This document shows, piece by piece, positions 9,442 to 20,146 of a DNA stretch of 64,000 bases (its first letter is position 1; every line of letters begins with the position of its first letter). Location of the stretch: contig MFBL01000015.1 of NCBI GenBank assembly GCA_001774945.1, positions 529 to 64,528 of the forward strand, written 5' to 3'. The notes beneath the pieces were generated by a model. It made no database searches. It was not told the origin of the DNA and was given only the letters and a program-made list of their open reading frames with translations. The translations under genes were made by a program, and so were the position numbers. The DNA is from Candidatus Curtissbacteria bacterium RIFCSPHIGHO2_12_FULL_41_17 (GTDB lineage Bacteria > Patescibacteriota > Microgenomatia > Curtissbacterales > GWA2-41-24).

Positions 9442-10455
9442 ATGATTGGGACCCCACGCCCAGAAGCTTACCGCAAGTTAAAACAATTTCCTATATTTGA
9501 AAATAAGTGGTTGATTTTAACGATATTTGTTATCCTTCTTTTAGTAATTTTTGTTATTTCTTCCAAATTCACAAATGCCGGCACAGGTTTAGAAATTACG
9601 CCAATTGGTAATAAATTTAGGCTCAATTTTCAAATACCCAAAAATGATCAAGAAAACTTTTCCCGCACACTATCCCAACTCAATCTGCCTCAAGAGGTAA
9701 AGGAAGGGGTCGAGTTTGAACTTGACGCAACCTCATCTGCCGCGCTTGCTTTTGCTTCACCAATAAATGCCAAATTAAATTTTAAAACGAAGCAAGTTAA
9801 AATCAAAGGTTTGACAAATTCAACCTCGCCAGTTTTATTTTTACCCGAAAGCTTTAAGCTGCCTCAATCAACAAAATTGGCTATTTTTGCGCCAGATATA
9901 AAGAATTTCCTTGATAGTCAGGTGAATATCCCGCCGGAACTTACCAGTTTTATAAATAATCTATTTTCCCAGAGAGGTCAGCTGCTTGCATTTTATAATG
10001 ACAATGATTTTCTTATGATTACAAAAGCAAACCAAGTCAATTTTGATGATCTTAGCAATTTAAAGATTCCCAAGGAAGAAGAATTTTATAAAAGAGAGCA
10101 GATTGAAGAATCTTTTGAAACTCACCTTTTAAAACTTCCCCAAAAAACAGAAAGTCAAAAATCTACACTGTCTATTTTCCAATTAGGGCAATGGATTTTT
10201 ATTGCGTCCTCGCAAGAGGCGGCACGCAAGTTTATTCAGGTACAAAAATTTGAAAAAGGCGCGATAGAATTTCCCAAAAGCAAACAAGCTACTTTAGTAG
10301 TTTTAATAAAAAATCCAGATATTGATACCGCAAGTTCTCTTGGGCAAATTTTACTAAGCTCAAAAAAAGATTGGCTGAATATATTCTCAAACATACAGGA
10401 ATTGGAATTTGTTTTGAAGGGCAATGTGTTTTCTGGTTTAATTAATCTAAAGTGA
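9442..10455 (+). CDS. Hypothetical membrane-anchored protein
   Basis: 337 aa ORF, single N-terminal TM, operonic spacing. Confidence 0.75.
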   Translation: MIGTPRPEAYRKLKQFPIFENKWLILTIFVILLLVIFVISSKFTNAGTGLEITPIGNKFRLNFQIPKNDQENFSRTLSQLNLPQEVKEGVEFELDATSSAALAFASPINAKLNFKTKQVKIKGLTNSTSPVLFLPESFKLPQSTKLAIFAPDIKNFLDSQVNIPPELTSFINNLFSQRGQLLAFYNDNDFLMITKANQVNFDDLSNLKIPKEEEFYKREQIEESFETHLLKLPQKTESQKSTLSIFQLGQWIFIASSQEAARKFIQVQKFEKGAIEFPKSKQATLVVLIKNPDIDTASSLGQILLSSKKDWLNIFSNIQELEFVLKGNVFSGLINLK

Positions 10456-11513
10456 ATTCAACTACTGCCCAATTCGAGGACATAAAACTTCTTGAGGATA
10501 AACTCAAATCAGCCAAAATCCCGCTGGATTTATACCAAAAAACGCAAGTAACGATCGAGCGGCTTACCAGGCTCGCGAAAACATCTTCTTATTCTCAAGA
10601 ATATGATCTTGTCACAAGATATTTGGAATGGATTGTTTCCTTACCATGGGATAAAAAAAGCGATGATATCCTATCGCTTGATAAAGCCCGCCAGGTTCTA
10701 AACGCCAATCATTACGGTCTTGACCAAATCAAGGAGAGGATACTCGAATATATTGCGGTTGCAATGTTAAAAAAGGATCAACCTGAAAGTACATCAAAAA
10801 ACAATAAAGCCCCCGCTCTTCTTTTAGTAGGGTTAGTTGGAACCGGTAAGACTACTATGGCTTATTCGATTGCCCAAACATTGGGCCGGCAGTTTGGAAG
10901 AATCCCGATGGGCGGTATGGGGGATGCATTACAGCTTAGAGGGAGATCACGCACCTTTCCGGATGCAGAACCAGGTCTTATAATGAAGGTACTTAGAAGA
11001 GTAGGCACCAAGAATCCTGTAATACTTCTTGACGAAATTGATCGGGTAACAGAAGAGGCCAGAGCAGACATCATGGGAGTGCTGGTGGAACTATTAGACC
11101 CTGAACAAAATAGTAAATTTCTTGACCATTTTATCGATTACCCGTTTGACCTATCCCAGGTACTCTTTATTGCAACTGCTAACAACACGGCAGGGATAGC
11201 GACAGCTGTACTGGACCGATTGGAGCTATTAGAAATGCCGTCTTATACTGATGAGCAGAAAACAATAATAGGCAAAAATTATCTTCTGCCGCGAGCCCTT
11301 GCAGCTTCTGGGCTTTCAAAAGAAGACCTAGTCTTGGAAGAGAATATTTGGCATCAAATTGTAAGACCATTGGGTTTTGATGCTGGTATGAGAACATTGG
11401 ACAGGACAATTAATGGTATTTGCCGAAAAATCGCCAAATTAAAAGTAGAAGAGAAAGTAGAAAGAGTTAATATAACAGGCGATAATCTCAAAGAATTTTT
11501 GCCCTCATGGTAA
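10452..11513 (+). CDS. Lon-type AAA+ ATPase module lacking protease domain
   Basis: HYGLDQIKERILEY, GLVGTGKTT, NPVILLDEID, LLDPEQN..FLDH; ends after AAA lid. Confidence 0.85.
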   Translation: MNSTTAQFEDIKLLEDKLKSAKIPLDLYQKTQVTIERLTRLAKTSSYSQEYDLVTRYLEWIVSLPWDKKSDDILSLDKARQVLNANHYGLDQIKERILEYIAVAMLKKDQPESTSKNNKAPALLLVGLVGTGKTTMAYSIAQTLGRQFGRIPMGGMGDALQLRGRSRTFPDAEPGLIMKVLRRVGTKNPVILLDEIDRVTEEARADIMGVLVELLDPEQNSKFLDHFIDYPFDLSQVLFIATANNTAGIATAVLDRLELLEMPSYTDEQKTIIGKNYLLPRALAASGLSKEDLVLEENIWHQIVRPLGFDAGMRTLDRTINGICRKIAKLKVEEKVERVNITGDNLKEFLPSW

Positions 11514-11534
11514 AGTGACCTATTCGGAGGAGAG

Positions 11535-11680
11535 TTTATATTCGCTCGCAGAATACCATCGAGTCAGACTCGACGGATGAATGCGAGAGCGAATACATAC
11601 TTCCGAGGATTGGAAGTATTCTGCTCGCTCATGTAAACTTGAAGAACAATACCGAGGACTCTTAGTCCTCGGAAGTTTAT
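11535..11680 (+). mobile_element. ~145 bp structured non-coding element, copy 2
   Basis: Matches 719-862 (minus); TTTAT at both ends; sits inside a GGAGAGTTT/AAACTCTCC inverted repeat. Confidence 0.75.
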
Positions 11681-11778
11681 AATTTTCTAAAACTCTCCGG
11701 AGAAAGGGTTAGTTAAAACTAACCCTATAGCATTTATAGTCCGCTTGATGTAAAATAAAATTAGCTTCTGGAAAAATT

Positions 11779-13860
11779 ATGAGAAGGTATCGCAGAAACA
11801 AAATTGTATCGCCTCTAAATTTAGAAAAAAAGACAATAATGTCTATTTTAGGGGTTGTGACTTTAGCTTTTTCTGTACTGCTGCTCCTCTCATTTTTTAC
11901 CCAGGCGGGTATTTTGCTTTCTCTTAGAGCGTCACTATTTAGGGTATTTGGCGTAAGTATAGTTAGTATTCCGCTTTTTGGATTAATTTTCAGCCTGATA
12001 CTCTTTTCTATAAAATCAAGATTTACTAAAATTAATATTATACTTGGTAGTGTTTCACTGGTACTTTCAGCAAATGGACTTCTTGCGCCCTTTTCAACTA
12101 ATCTGGCTGGAGTTTTAGGAGTAACTCTTTATACGACTATTAAATCAATTGTTTCTCCAGTTGGAGCATTTTTTGTTCTAGGTTTTACTTTTCTGGTTTC
12201 AATAATAATTGTTGCAAATACCAGTCTGGATCAGGCACTGACAACCATTACTAATTTTTATAAGTTCATAAGCAGTTTTACTAGAATCACCAAAAGATTT
12301 TTTAAAGTCCATCAACCCAGAATAGTCACAAAGAACCAACAAGAAATTTCTCCTGCGCGCGCAAATCTTCCTAAAAATCTTGACACAACTCTTTCGTCTA
12401 CTTTAGTTGCCAATAGTCCTGCTGATACCAGGGTTTGGGAATATCCTCCATTATCGCTCCTTGCCGATCCCAGAGGCAGTTCGGCAAATAGGGGAAATAT
12501 AAAACAAAATGCCCAGATAATTGAAAAAACTCTTGAAAGTTTTGGTATTGTTGCCCAGGTAGTCGAGGTTAATCCTGGTCCTACAGTCACCCAATATGCC
12601 CTGAAGATTCCAATGGGAACTAAACTTTCTAAAATTCTGACTTTGCAAAATGACCTGGCGCTGGCACTGGCTACTTCTACCGGTAATGTCCGTATCGAAG
12701 CACCTATTCCGGGGAAATCCTTGGTAGGAATTGAAATACCTAATATTTCACCGGACATAGTTTCACTCAAGAGCATTCTTTCAAGCGATGTAATGAGGGG
12801 TACTAAATCAAAACTGGCAGTTGGACTTGGTCCTGATGTTTCTGGAAGCACCGTTATTGCCGATATCGGTAAAATGCCCCATGTTTTAATCGCCGGAACA
12901 ACCGGTTCCGGTAAGTCGGTACTTTTAAATTCGATTATTGCAACTCTTCTTTTTAGAGCAAGCCCCCAGGAAGTCAAATTAATATTGGCCGATCCCAAAA
13001 GAGTGGAACTTACAGAGTATCAGGATATTCCCCACTTACTTACGCCGGTCATAGTTGATGCGGATAAAATTTTATCTAGCCTTAAGTGGGCGATGGCTGA
13101 AATGGAGAGGCGCTATAAATTATTCCATGAAGCTCAGGTGAAAAATATCTCGGGTTATAATGAGTTATCCGGATTTCAGGTTTTACCTTATATTGTCATC
13201 GTCGTAGACGAATTGCATAGCTTAATGGAATTTGCCCCGGTTGAAGTTGAAGATGCAATTTGCCGTATTGCTGCTATGGCTAGGGCAACCGGTATTCATC
13301 TTGTAGTGGCAACCCAAAGGCCATCTGTTGATGTAATAACCGGCCTTATAAAAGCAAACATTCCGTGTAGAATTGCTTTCAATGTTTCTTCAATGGTCGA
13401 TTCGCGTGTAATTATTGACCAGCCTGGAGCAGAAAAATTGCTTGGAAAAGGTGATATGCTCTATGTTCCTCCGGATGCTTCAAAACCGATGAGAATTCAA
13501 GGGGTTTTTGTTTCTGATACGGAGATTAGAAACCTTATCGGTTTTCTTAAAAGGTCTGGAATTACCCCAGAATATGCCCAGGAGGTTACCCAAATGCCTG
13601 TCGGTAAAATTGCTGGAATGGTTGGCGGTGAAATCGACGAGCTCTTTGAGGAAGCGGTAAGGACTATAGTTCAGTACGATCGTGCCTCTGCTTCACTTTT
13701 GCAGCGCAGATTGCGCATCGGCTACGCCCGGGCGGCAAGGCTCTTAGACGAACTCGAGATGGCCGGTATTGTCGGTCCGGGGGAGGGTTCAAAGCCCAGA
13801 GACGTTTTAGTAAAAAATGCAGATGAATACTTTCAAAGTCAAGTTCAAAATTCCTCCTAA
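11779..13860 (+). CDS. ftsK: DNA translocase FtsK/SpoIIIE
   Basis: N-terminal TMs, PHVLIAGTTGSGKS, ATQRPSVDVITG, gamma domain LQRRLRIGYARAARL. Confidence 0.97.
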   Translation: MRRYRRNKIVSPLNLEKKTIMSILGVVTLAFSVLLLLSFFTQAGILLSLRASLFRVFGVSIVSIPLFGLIFSLILFSIKSRFTKINIILGSVSLVLSANGLLAPFSTNLAGVLGVTLYTTIKSIVSPVGAFFVLGFTFLVSIIIVANTSLDQALTTITNFYKFISSFTRITKRFFKVHQPRIVTKNQQEISPARANLPKNLDTTLSSTLVANSPADTRVWEYPPLSLLADPRGSSANRGNIKQNAQIIEKTLESFGIVAQVVEVNPGPTVTQYALKIPMGTKLSKILTLQNDLALALATSTGNVRIEAPIPGKSLVGIEIPNISPDIVSLKSILSSDVMRGTKSKLAVGLGPDVSGSTVIADIGKMPHVLIAGTTGSGKSVLLNSIIATLLFRASPQEVKLILADPKRVELTEYQDIPHLLTPVIVDADKILSSLKWAMAEMERRYKLFHEAQVKNISGYNELSGFQVLPYIVIVVDELHSLMEFAPVEVEDAICRIAAMARATGIHLVVATQRPSVDVITGLIKANIPCRIAFNVSSMVDSRVIIDQPGAEKLLGKGDMLYVPPDASKPMRIQGVFVSDTEIRNLIGFLKRSGITPEYAQEVTQMPVGKIAGMVGGEIDELFEEAVRTIVQYDRASASLLQRRLRIGYARAARLLDELEMAGIVGPGEGSKPRDVLVKNADEYFQSQVQNSS

Positions 13861-13866
13861 AACTGT

Positions 13867-14493
13867 ATGAGTGCAGTTGGTGAACTTTTTTCCCAGAAGA
13901 GAAAAGCAAAAAAGATATCACTTGCCAAAGTGTCGCATGATCTTTTAGTCAAACAAGAACACCTGGATGCAATAGAAAAAGGCCAGTGGGCCAATTTGCC
14001 GGAACCTACTTTCGCCAAAGGATTTATTAAAATTTATGCTCAGTATCTAGGCTTAGACACATCAAAAATCCTGCCTCTTTACCGACGGGAGTATGACGAA
14101 ACAAAATATCCTCACAAACAATCTCCCCTTCAGATTAAAAAGCGCCTAATGATTACTCCTAATAAATTTGCCTTATTACTTTTTATTGTTACGATTGCAA
14201 TTTTTGCCTCCTATTTACTTATTCAATATTTTTCTATTCTTTCAGCTCCCAAACTTGAAATTATTTCTCCACCTGACGATTTGACAACATCAGTTCCAGC
14301 TATCACGATTGATGGTCGCAGTGAAAAAGAGGCTATGGTTTCTGTAAATGGTCAGTTTATTCCAATTGATGATCAAGGAAAATTTTCTTATCAGTACAAA
14401 CTCACCCAGGGCAAAAATACAATTGAAATAATCGCCTCGAAGCGCCTTTCGCCAAAATCAAAAGTTACAAGGTTGGTGCGACTATCCAAGTAA
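13867..14493 (+). CDS. RodZ-like HTH membrane protein with C-terminal Ig-like domain
   Basis: LDAIEKG...LP..TFAKGFIKIYAQYLGL, TM, beta-rich C-terminus; follows ftsK. Confidence 0.85.
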   Translation: MSAVGELFSQKRKAKKISLAKVSHDLLVKQEHLDAIEKGQWANLPEPTFAKGFIKIYAQYLGLDTSKILPLYRREYDETKYPHKQSPLQIKKRLMITPNKFALLLFIVTIAIFASYLLIQYFSILSAPKLEIISPPDDLTTSVPAITIDGRSEKEAMVSVNGQFIPIDDQGKFSYQYKLTQGKNTIEIIASKRLSPKSKVTRLVRLSK

Positions 14494-14565
14494 AAAAGTT
14501 ACCAATTATTATTTGACAAAAGTGGGGGATTGAAGTAATCTCAATTGGAAATTAAAAATTAAATT

Positions 14566-14657
14566 CCCAAATTTCAAAGAAATTTGGAAAGGAAAAATGC
14601 GAGTGCGCTAAAAGTCCACAATTGTGGACGATTAACAGCACGAGCAATTTTGACGCT
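14566..14657 (+). repeat. Structured 5' leader element shared with tuf leader
   Basis: CCCAAATTTCAAAGAAATTTGG...AGCACGAGCAATTTTGACG immediately before ATG; matches 40232-40320. Confidence 0.85.
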
Positions 14658-14939
14658 ATGCTGCCCTTAGAACTTTCGCAAATTGTGCTTCTTACTGTTA
14701 TTATCATCCTGACAATATTCTTAGTGGTTTTGGGCTTCCAGGTTTTTTTTGTCCTGAAAGATCTAAGACTTACCCTCAAAAGAATGAATCATCTGTTTGA
14801 TGATGCCAATGAACTTGTATCGGAAGTGAAAAAACCTATCGAAAAGGCTGGCAATTTCTTTACAGCATTGACTGCAGGTGCAGGTATTATGCACTTACTT
14901 AAAAAGGGGTCAAAAAATGAGCGATCACGAGAAAAATAA
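14658..14939 (+). CDS. Small membrane protein (DUF948/YoxC-like)
   Basis: TM plus coiled coil, precedes YtxH-like gene; start set at ATG after leader element. Confidence 0.7.
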   Translation: MLPLELSQIVLLTVIIILTIFLVVLGFQVFFVLKDLRLTLKRMNHLFDDANELVSEVKKPIEKAGNFFTALTAGAGIMHLLKKGSKNERSREK

Positions 14940-15285
14940 CCTGCCTGCCGGCAGGCAAGGTAATATTTCATCTTTAATTGTAGGCATCGTTATCGGCGCT
15001 GCCGTAACTTACTTGTTTACCAATAAAGAAGGCCAAAAGTTAAAAAATAAACTTCTTGCTGAAGGTGAAAAGCTCCTGTCTAGTTTGAGGGAGAGTTTAG
15101 AAGAAGTCGAAGAAGAGACAAAAGAAGCCAGGGAAGAAATCGGTCAGAAGTTATCTTCGGGCGTCGAAGAAGTTAAAGAAAAAGTCGAAGAGGAAGTTAC
15201 TGAAATTCCAAAGCATATAGAACAAATTCAAAAAAAAGGCCGCCGTTTCTTCTTCCGAAGAAGTCATACTTCTCAGGAAAGTTAG
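14917..15285 (+). CDS. YtxH-like protein
   Basis: GIVIGAAVTYLF..KEGQKLK motif plus acidic coiled coil; contains in-frame LPAGRQ palindrome. Confidence 0.75.
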   Translation: MSDHEKNNLPAGRQGNISSLIVGIVIGAAVTYLFTNKEGQKLKNKLLAEGEKLLSSLRESLEEVEEETKEAREEIGQKLSSGVEEVKEKVEEEVTEIPKHIEQIQKKGRRFFFRRSHTSQES

Positions 15286-15397
15286 ACCAAGTCAGACTTG
15301 GTTAGACTTTCCGCTGCCACGTTTCCAAATCATAACAGAAATTTTCGTTTGCAATCAGTATTATTTTAATAACGATAGTTAGTTATAATTAGGAGAA

Positions 15398-17167
15398 GTG
15401 AAATCAGGTGAGCTTCGGCAAAAATTCTTGAAGTTTTTTGAGGACCGCGGGCATAAAATTATTCCTTCAGCTTCCCTTGTTCCACCCGAATCTGTCGAGC
15501 TTGCACCAACCCAGAGAGTTCTATTTACTACAGCCGGGATGCATCCACTGGTGCCATATCTTTTGGGTCACCCTCACCCAGAAGGTAAACGTCTGGTTAA
15601 TGTCCAGAGGTGTCTTAGAACAGATGATATTGACGATGTTGGCGATGCCGTCCACAATACCTTTTTTGAAATGCTTGGCAACTGGTCTTTGGGCGACTAC
15701 TGGAAAAAAGAGGCAATTAGTTGGTCTTATCAATTTTTGGTTGATGTCCTCAAGCTTGATCCTAAAAGAATTTACGTTTCAGTTTTTGTCGGTGATGCCG
15801 ATGCCCCTTTTGACGAGGAATCGTATGAAATCTGGAAAAAGCTGGGGATGCCTCAAGACCATATTTTCCGTTACGGCAAAAATCAAAACTGGTGGGGACC
15901 AGTCGGCCCAGTTGGTCCGTGTGGTCCTGATACGGAAATGTTTTATGATCTTTCTCCTCAAAAATCAGGCAAGATTGATCCAACCGCCGACCCCAACCGC
16001 TTCGTCGAAATCTGGAACGATGTTTTTATGCAGTATGACAAGCAAGCTGATGGAACATTTAAATCTCTAAAACAAAAAAATGTCGACACAGGGATGGGCC
16101 TTGAGCGAATACTTGCGGTTCTAGCACTTGCACCGACGGTTTATGAGACGGATGTTTTTTTGCCATTAATGAAATTGATTGAGGATAAAGCGGCTAATTT
16201 TAATATTAAATCCGCAAGAATCATTGCCGACCACTTGCGGGCAAGTGTATTTTTGGCATCAGATGGAGTTATTCCTTCCAATGTTGAGAGAGGTTATGTT
16301 TTAAGACGCCTGATAAGAAGGGCTATTCGTCATGCTTATCTTGTTCAAATTGAAGGAGATTTTCTTAAGGATTGTACCAAGACCGTTGTCAAAATTTATG
16401 GGTCTTTTTATCCAAAACTTGTCGAGTTTGAAAAGTCGATTATTGATACCTTAACAATCGAAGAAAAAAAGTTTAAAAAAGCCTTAGCTTTCGGAATCAG
16501 ACAGTTTGAGAAAATTAAAGGAAATATTTCCGCAACAAACGCTTTTGATCTGTACCAAAATTACGGGTTTCCTATCGAGCTTACTGTTGAACTGGCGAAG
16601 GAAAGAAATAAAAAGGTAGACGTTTTAGGATTTGAAAAAGAGCTTAAAAAGCATCAAGAACTTTCAAAAAAAGCCGGCATCAAGACAAAAGGTGGCCTTG
16701 CTGTTCAATCAGATCGAGCCGCAAAACTCCATACAGCTACCCACCTTTTACATCAGGCTTTGCGAGATGTTTTAGGTAAACACGTTCATCAAACAGGATC
16801 ACATATCACAGAAGAAAGACTAAGATTTGATTTTTCCCACTTCGAAAAATTAACCGATGAACAAATAAGAAGAGCTGAAAATATCGTTAATGAAAAAATT
16901 AAAGAAAATCTTAAGGTCAATAAAAAAACGATGCCTAAAGAAGCGGCGGATGAACTTGGCGCAATCGGCCTTTTTGCCGAGAAATATAAAGACCTGGTAA
17001 ATGTTTACTATATTGGATCATCCAACGATATCAATAACGCATATTCTAAAGAGTTTTGTGGCGGTCCGCACGCCGTTTTAACCGGAGTACTTGGTTCATT
17101 TAAGATAATAAAAGAAGAGTCTGCAGGCGCAAACATTCGCCGAATTTATGCTACAATTAGTGGGTAA
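15398..17167 (+). CDS. alaS: Alanyl-tRNA synthetase (no C-Ala domain)
   Basis: LFTTAGM, TFFEMLGNWS, DTGMGLER, HTATHLLH, EFCGGPH. Confidence 0.97.
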   Translation: MKSGELRQKFLKFFEDRGHKIIPSASLVPPESVELAPTQRVLFTTAGMHPLVPYLLGHPHPEGKRLVNVQRCLRTDDIDDVGDAVHNTFFEMLGNWSLGDYWKKEAISWSYQFLVDVLKLDPKRIYVSVFVGDADAPFDEESYEIWKKLGMPQDHIFRYGKNQNWWGPVGPVGPCGPDTEMFYDLSPQKSGKIDPTADPNRFVEIWNDVFMQYDKQADGTFKSLKQKNVDTGMGLERILAVLALAPTVYETDVFLPLMKLIEDKAANFNIKSARIIADHLRASVFLASDGVIPSNVERGYVLRRLIRRAIRHAYLVQIEGDFLKDCTKTVVKIYGSFYPKLVEFEKSIIDTLTIEEKKFKKALAFGIRQFEKIKGNISATNAFDLYQNYGFPIELTVELAKERNKKVDVLGFEKELKKHQELSKKAGIKTKGGLAVQSDRAAKLHTATHLLHQALRDVLGKHVHQTGSHITEERLRFDFSHFEKLTDEQIRRAENIVNEKIKENLKVNKKTMPKEAADELGAIGLFAEKYKDLVNVYYIGSSNDINNAYSKEFCGGPHAVLTGVLGSFKIIKEESAGANIRRIYATISG

Positions 17168-17169
17168 TT

Positions 17170-17871
17170 ATGGATCCAACTGCCCTCAACGATGATCCCA
17201 AAATAGGTGATAAAACACCAGATCCATCTGGTGACTCTCACACAAGTCCGATTCAGCCAGGGCAATTTGTAGTTGCGCAGGAAGAACCCGAAAGCGCAGC
17301 CGCAAATATTGGGTCGCCCCCGCAAAATCAGCCAGATTCAAATATATCAGGTCCAGTCCAAACCCAAACAGAGCCGCAAAATATACCCCCAAGTACTCCT
17401 CTGCCTTCGTCGGTTGCACCTACCCCGCCCGAAACTGCAGATCACTCACTGGCAAGTTCTCTCTCTACACCTCTTGCCGAAAGTACGAAGGTACAAACTC
17501 CACCGCCCCCAGAAAATGCGCCTAGCCAGCCGGATCCTACGCCATTTGTATCCCCACAACAGTCGCAAGATCCAGCTCAAATGGGCGGCGCGGATCAAAC
17601 CTCTAAAATTGAAAAATTTAAACTCGTACTGCTTGTAGGGGCTGCTTTAGTTTTAATTTTAATTATTGCTGCCCTTGTTTGGTTTTTCATTTTGAATAAA
17701 AAAGAAAAGGAGCCCGCCAAAACACAACTTCAGGAACAGGTTGAAGAGCCGCAGCTGCCTCCAAAAAGAACCACTGGCGGTTTTGGAGAACTGCCGCCGG
17801 CAACACCCGAGGCAACAGAATCTGCTAGTCCTTCGCCAGAATCGCAACCAACGGCTTCTCCAACGCAGTAG
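17170..17871 (+). CDS. Pro/Ser/Gln-rich single-TM protein
   Basis: 233 aa low-complexity ORF with one TM. Confidence 0.75.
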   Translation: MDPTALNDDPKIGDKTPDPSGDSHTSPIQPGQFVVAQEEPESAAANIGSPPQNQPDSNISGPVQTQTEPQNIPPSTPLPSSVAPTPPETADHSLASSLSTPLAESTKVQTPPPPENAPSQPDPTPFVSPQQSQDPAQMGGADQTSKIEKFKLVLLVGAALVLILIIAALVWFFILNKKEKEPAKTQLQEQVEEPQLPPKRTTGGFGELPPATPEATESASPSPESQPTASPTQ

Positions 17872-17890
17872 TCACAAAGACTTGATATAA

Positions 17891-20146
17891 TTGGAATCGC
17901 TTGTGAAGCTACCGAACTTATTTGGCAATTTTTTTAAAAAAACTCAAGAGGAAGAAACAAATTACTTATCTCTGATTTTAACGCCCGCAGAAATCTTAGC
18001 ATCAATCTGGGAATTTGAAGTGGAAAATCCCAAGATAATCGGATTTGAAAAAAGATCTTTTACCACAATTGACAACTTAGTCCATCAGGCAGCAGTGACT
18101 ATTGATAAAGCAGCAAGTCTTGCCCAAAGTGACGTTTCGAAAGTCACATTTGGACTTAGTCACTTTTGGCTGGAAAATGGCCAACTAACTAAGGAAACTG
18201 CCAAAATTCTAAAAACTCTTTCGGAAGATTTAGAACTTGAAGCACAAGCTTATATTTCTCTAGCCTCTGCCATCAATCATTTATTGAAATTTGAGGATTC
18301 AATCACCCCCCAGGCAATTTTAATAGGCAACTTCGAGGATTTTTGTGAGGTTCATTTATTGGAGAAGAATCAAGTGATTGAGACAAAAATAGCCAAAGGA
18401 AAAGTCAACAGTGAAAAGTTAACTGCTCTTATCAGTCAATTTAAAAAAGAGGACAAGGATCTGCCTTCCCGGCTGATTTTTTATGGCAAAGAGCTCGCAG
18501 GCGAGTTTAAGGAAGATGCTTGGCAAAACTTATTCCAAGCGAAAAACTCCGACATTGATGCCCAAGATGAAAAGAGTTTTGAAGCGAGGAAGAGAGAACC
18601 ACGGCCGAAAGAATACGGGAATCTATTTATACATGAGCCCAAAATTGAATTCCTTCAAGATTCCCAACTGACCAAAGCAGTTGCCTTGTCTCAGGCACAA
18701 GACATATTAGGTCATGAGCCGATTTCAAAAGCTGCTTTGACCAATACAACTAAAATTCCAAAAACTGAACAGTTCGATTTTGTTGAAGGAGAAGACGTCT
18801 TATTGACCAGGGGCGCGAAAGACCCACAAACCGAAGAAAAAATTTCAGTTGACAAAGAAGAGGAAAAAGAGCAGCTGCCGATTGAAAGGGCTCATCCGTT
18901 CGAAAAAGAAAACTATGCTATTGAGCAAGAAGCACAAAATAAGGAAGATGTGCCCAGAGAAAATTTTATCGAAGTTGCCACTACTGTAGGCTGGATTCCT
19001 AAATTATTGAATATTTTTAAAAATAGACCATCCGCTAAAGTAATAGCGATTATATTGGGGGCCTTAATCGTCTTGGCGATCGCAGCAAGCTTTATTGTCG
19101 GTCAGTTTCTAACTACAGCCGATATTACTATTAAGGTCCAGTCAAAAAGCCTTGAAGATGATTTTAAAACCCAAGTTATTGCCCAAAATGCCAACTCATC
19201 CCAAATAAATGGCGAGGAAATTACGGCTGTAACGAATGGTGTTCAAAAAGCAGTGGCTACAGGAAAGAAAAAGATTGGTCAGGCGGCCAAAGGTGAGGCG
19301 ACAATTTTTAATATCACGTCTACCCCTAAGACTTTCCCAAAAGGGACTGTAATAATTACAAATAGTGGACTCAAGTTTACTTTAGACGAGGAAGTAGAAG
19401 CTACGTCAGCGGGTAAACCAGGACAGCCAAGCACAATAAAAGCGCATATCACCGCCAGTGAGGTAGGGCCGCAATATAATTTAGATCTCGGACAACAACT
19501 TTCTTTCACACAATTTGACGAATATTCTTATTGGGCACAGAATGACGCACCGTTTTCCGGTGGTGAAGAAAAAGAGGTGACTGTTGTTTCTAAAGACGAT
19601 CTGGATGGACTTTCTAAATCTCTAAAGGATACATTGACCGAGAAAGCAAAATCGCTTCTTAAAGAAAAGGCAACAAACAAAAATTTTGATGATCAGGCCC
19701 TTATTATTAAAGTTCTAAAATCAGAATTCGACAAAAAGCCGGACGAAGAAGCTTCTCTTGTCAATTTATCAATGGAAATTGAAGCCTCAGTGATTGTCTA
19801 TGACCAGATAAAACTTAAAGAAAATTTAGCCCAGTCTCTAAAAGACCAAGTGCCCGAAAATTCACAAATTAGAGCCCAAGACATTGAAATACTGGATTTA
19901 TCAACAACGAGAAATGATAACAGCCTTACTCTTGGCGGAAAATTTAAAGCATTATTGGTACCCAAATTTAATGAGGAAGAATTGAAAGGGAAAATTACCG
20001 GAAAAAGCCAAAAGACAGCAAGGTCAATTATTAAAGAAATACAGGAAGTTACGGATGTCGAATTTAAATATAGCCCGAATTTATCAATCACAAGTTCTAT
20101 CCCGCGAAATAGGTCAAAAATTAAATTCAATATCGAAGCGATATAA
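17891..20146 (+). CDS. Membrane protein with degenerate FtsA-like N-region and baseplate-J-like C-region
   Basis: KKKIGQAAKGEATIFN..FPKGT..SGLKF..A..VGPQYNL motif typical of baseplate-J-like domains; central TM. Confidence 0.7.
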   Translation: MESLVKLPNLFGNFFKKTQEEETNYLSLILTPAEILASIWEFEVENPKIIGFEKRSFTTIDNLVHQAAVTIDKAASLAQSDVSKVTFGLSHFWLENGQLTKETAKILKTLSEDLELEAQAYISLASAINHLLKFEDSITPQAILIGNFEDFCEVHLLEKNQVIETKIAKGKVNSEKLTALISQFKKEDKDLPSRLIFYGKELAGEFKEDAWQNLFQAKNSDIDAQDEKSFEARKREPRPKEYGNLFIHEPKIEFLQDSQLTKAVALSQAQDILGHEPISKAALTNTTKIPKTEQFDFVEGEDVLLTRGAKDPQTEEKISVDKEEEKEQLPIERAHPFEKENYAIEQEAQNKEDVPRENFIEVATTVGWIPKLLNIFKNRPSAKVIAIILGALIVLAIAASFIVGQFLTTADITIKVQSKSLEDDFKTQVIAQNANSSQINGEEITAVTNGVQKAVATGKKKIGQAAKGEATIFNITSTPKTFPKGTVIITNSGLKFTLDEEVEATSAGKPGQPSTIKAHITASEVGPQYNLDLGQQLSFTQFDEYSYWAQNDAPFSGGEEKEVTVVSKDDLDGLSKSLKDTLTEKAKSLLKEKATNKNFDDQALIIKVLKSEFDKKPDEEASLVNLSMEIEASVIVYDQIKLKENLAQSLKDQVPENSQIRAQDIEILDLSTTRNDNSLTLGGKFKALLVPKFNEEELKGKITGKSQKTARSIIKEIQEVTDVEFKYSPNLSITSSIPRNRSKIKFNIEAI

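Noticed and set aside
12312..12998. Long antisense/alternate-frame ORFs (e.g. 12312-12998, 15438-16070, 60806-61357)
   Set aside because: Shadows of conserved genes with no recognisable motifs.
17891..20146. Prophage or contractile system from baseplate-J-like domain
   Set aside because: No other phage genes; embedded in a housekeeping operon with a TM segment.
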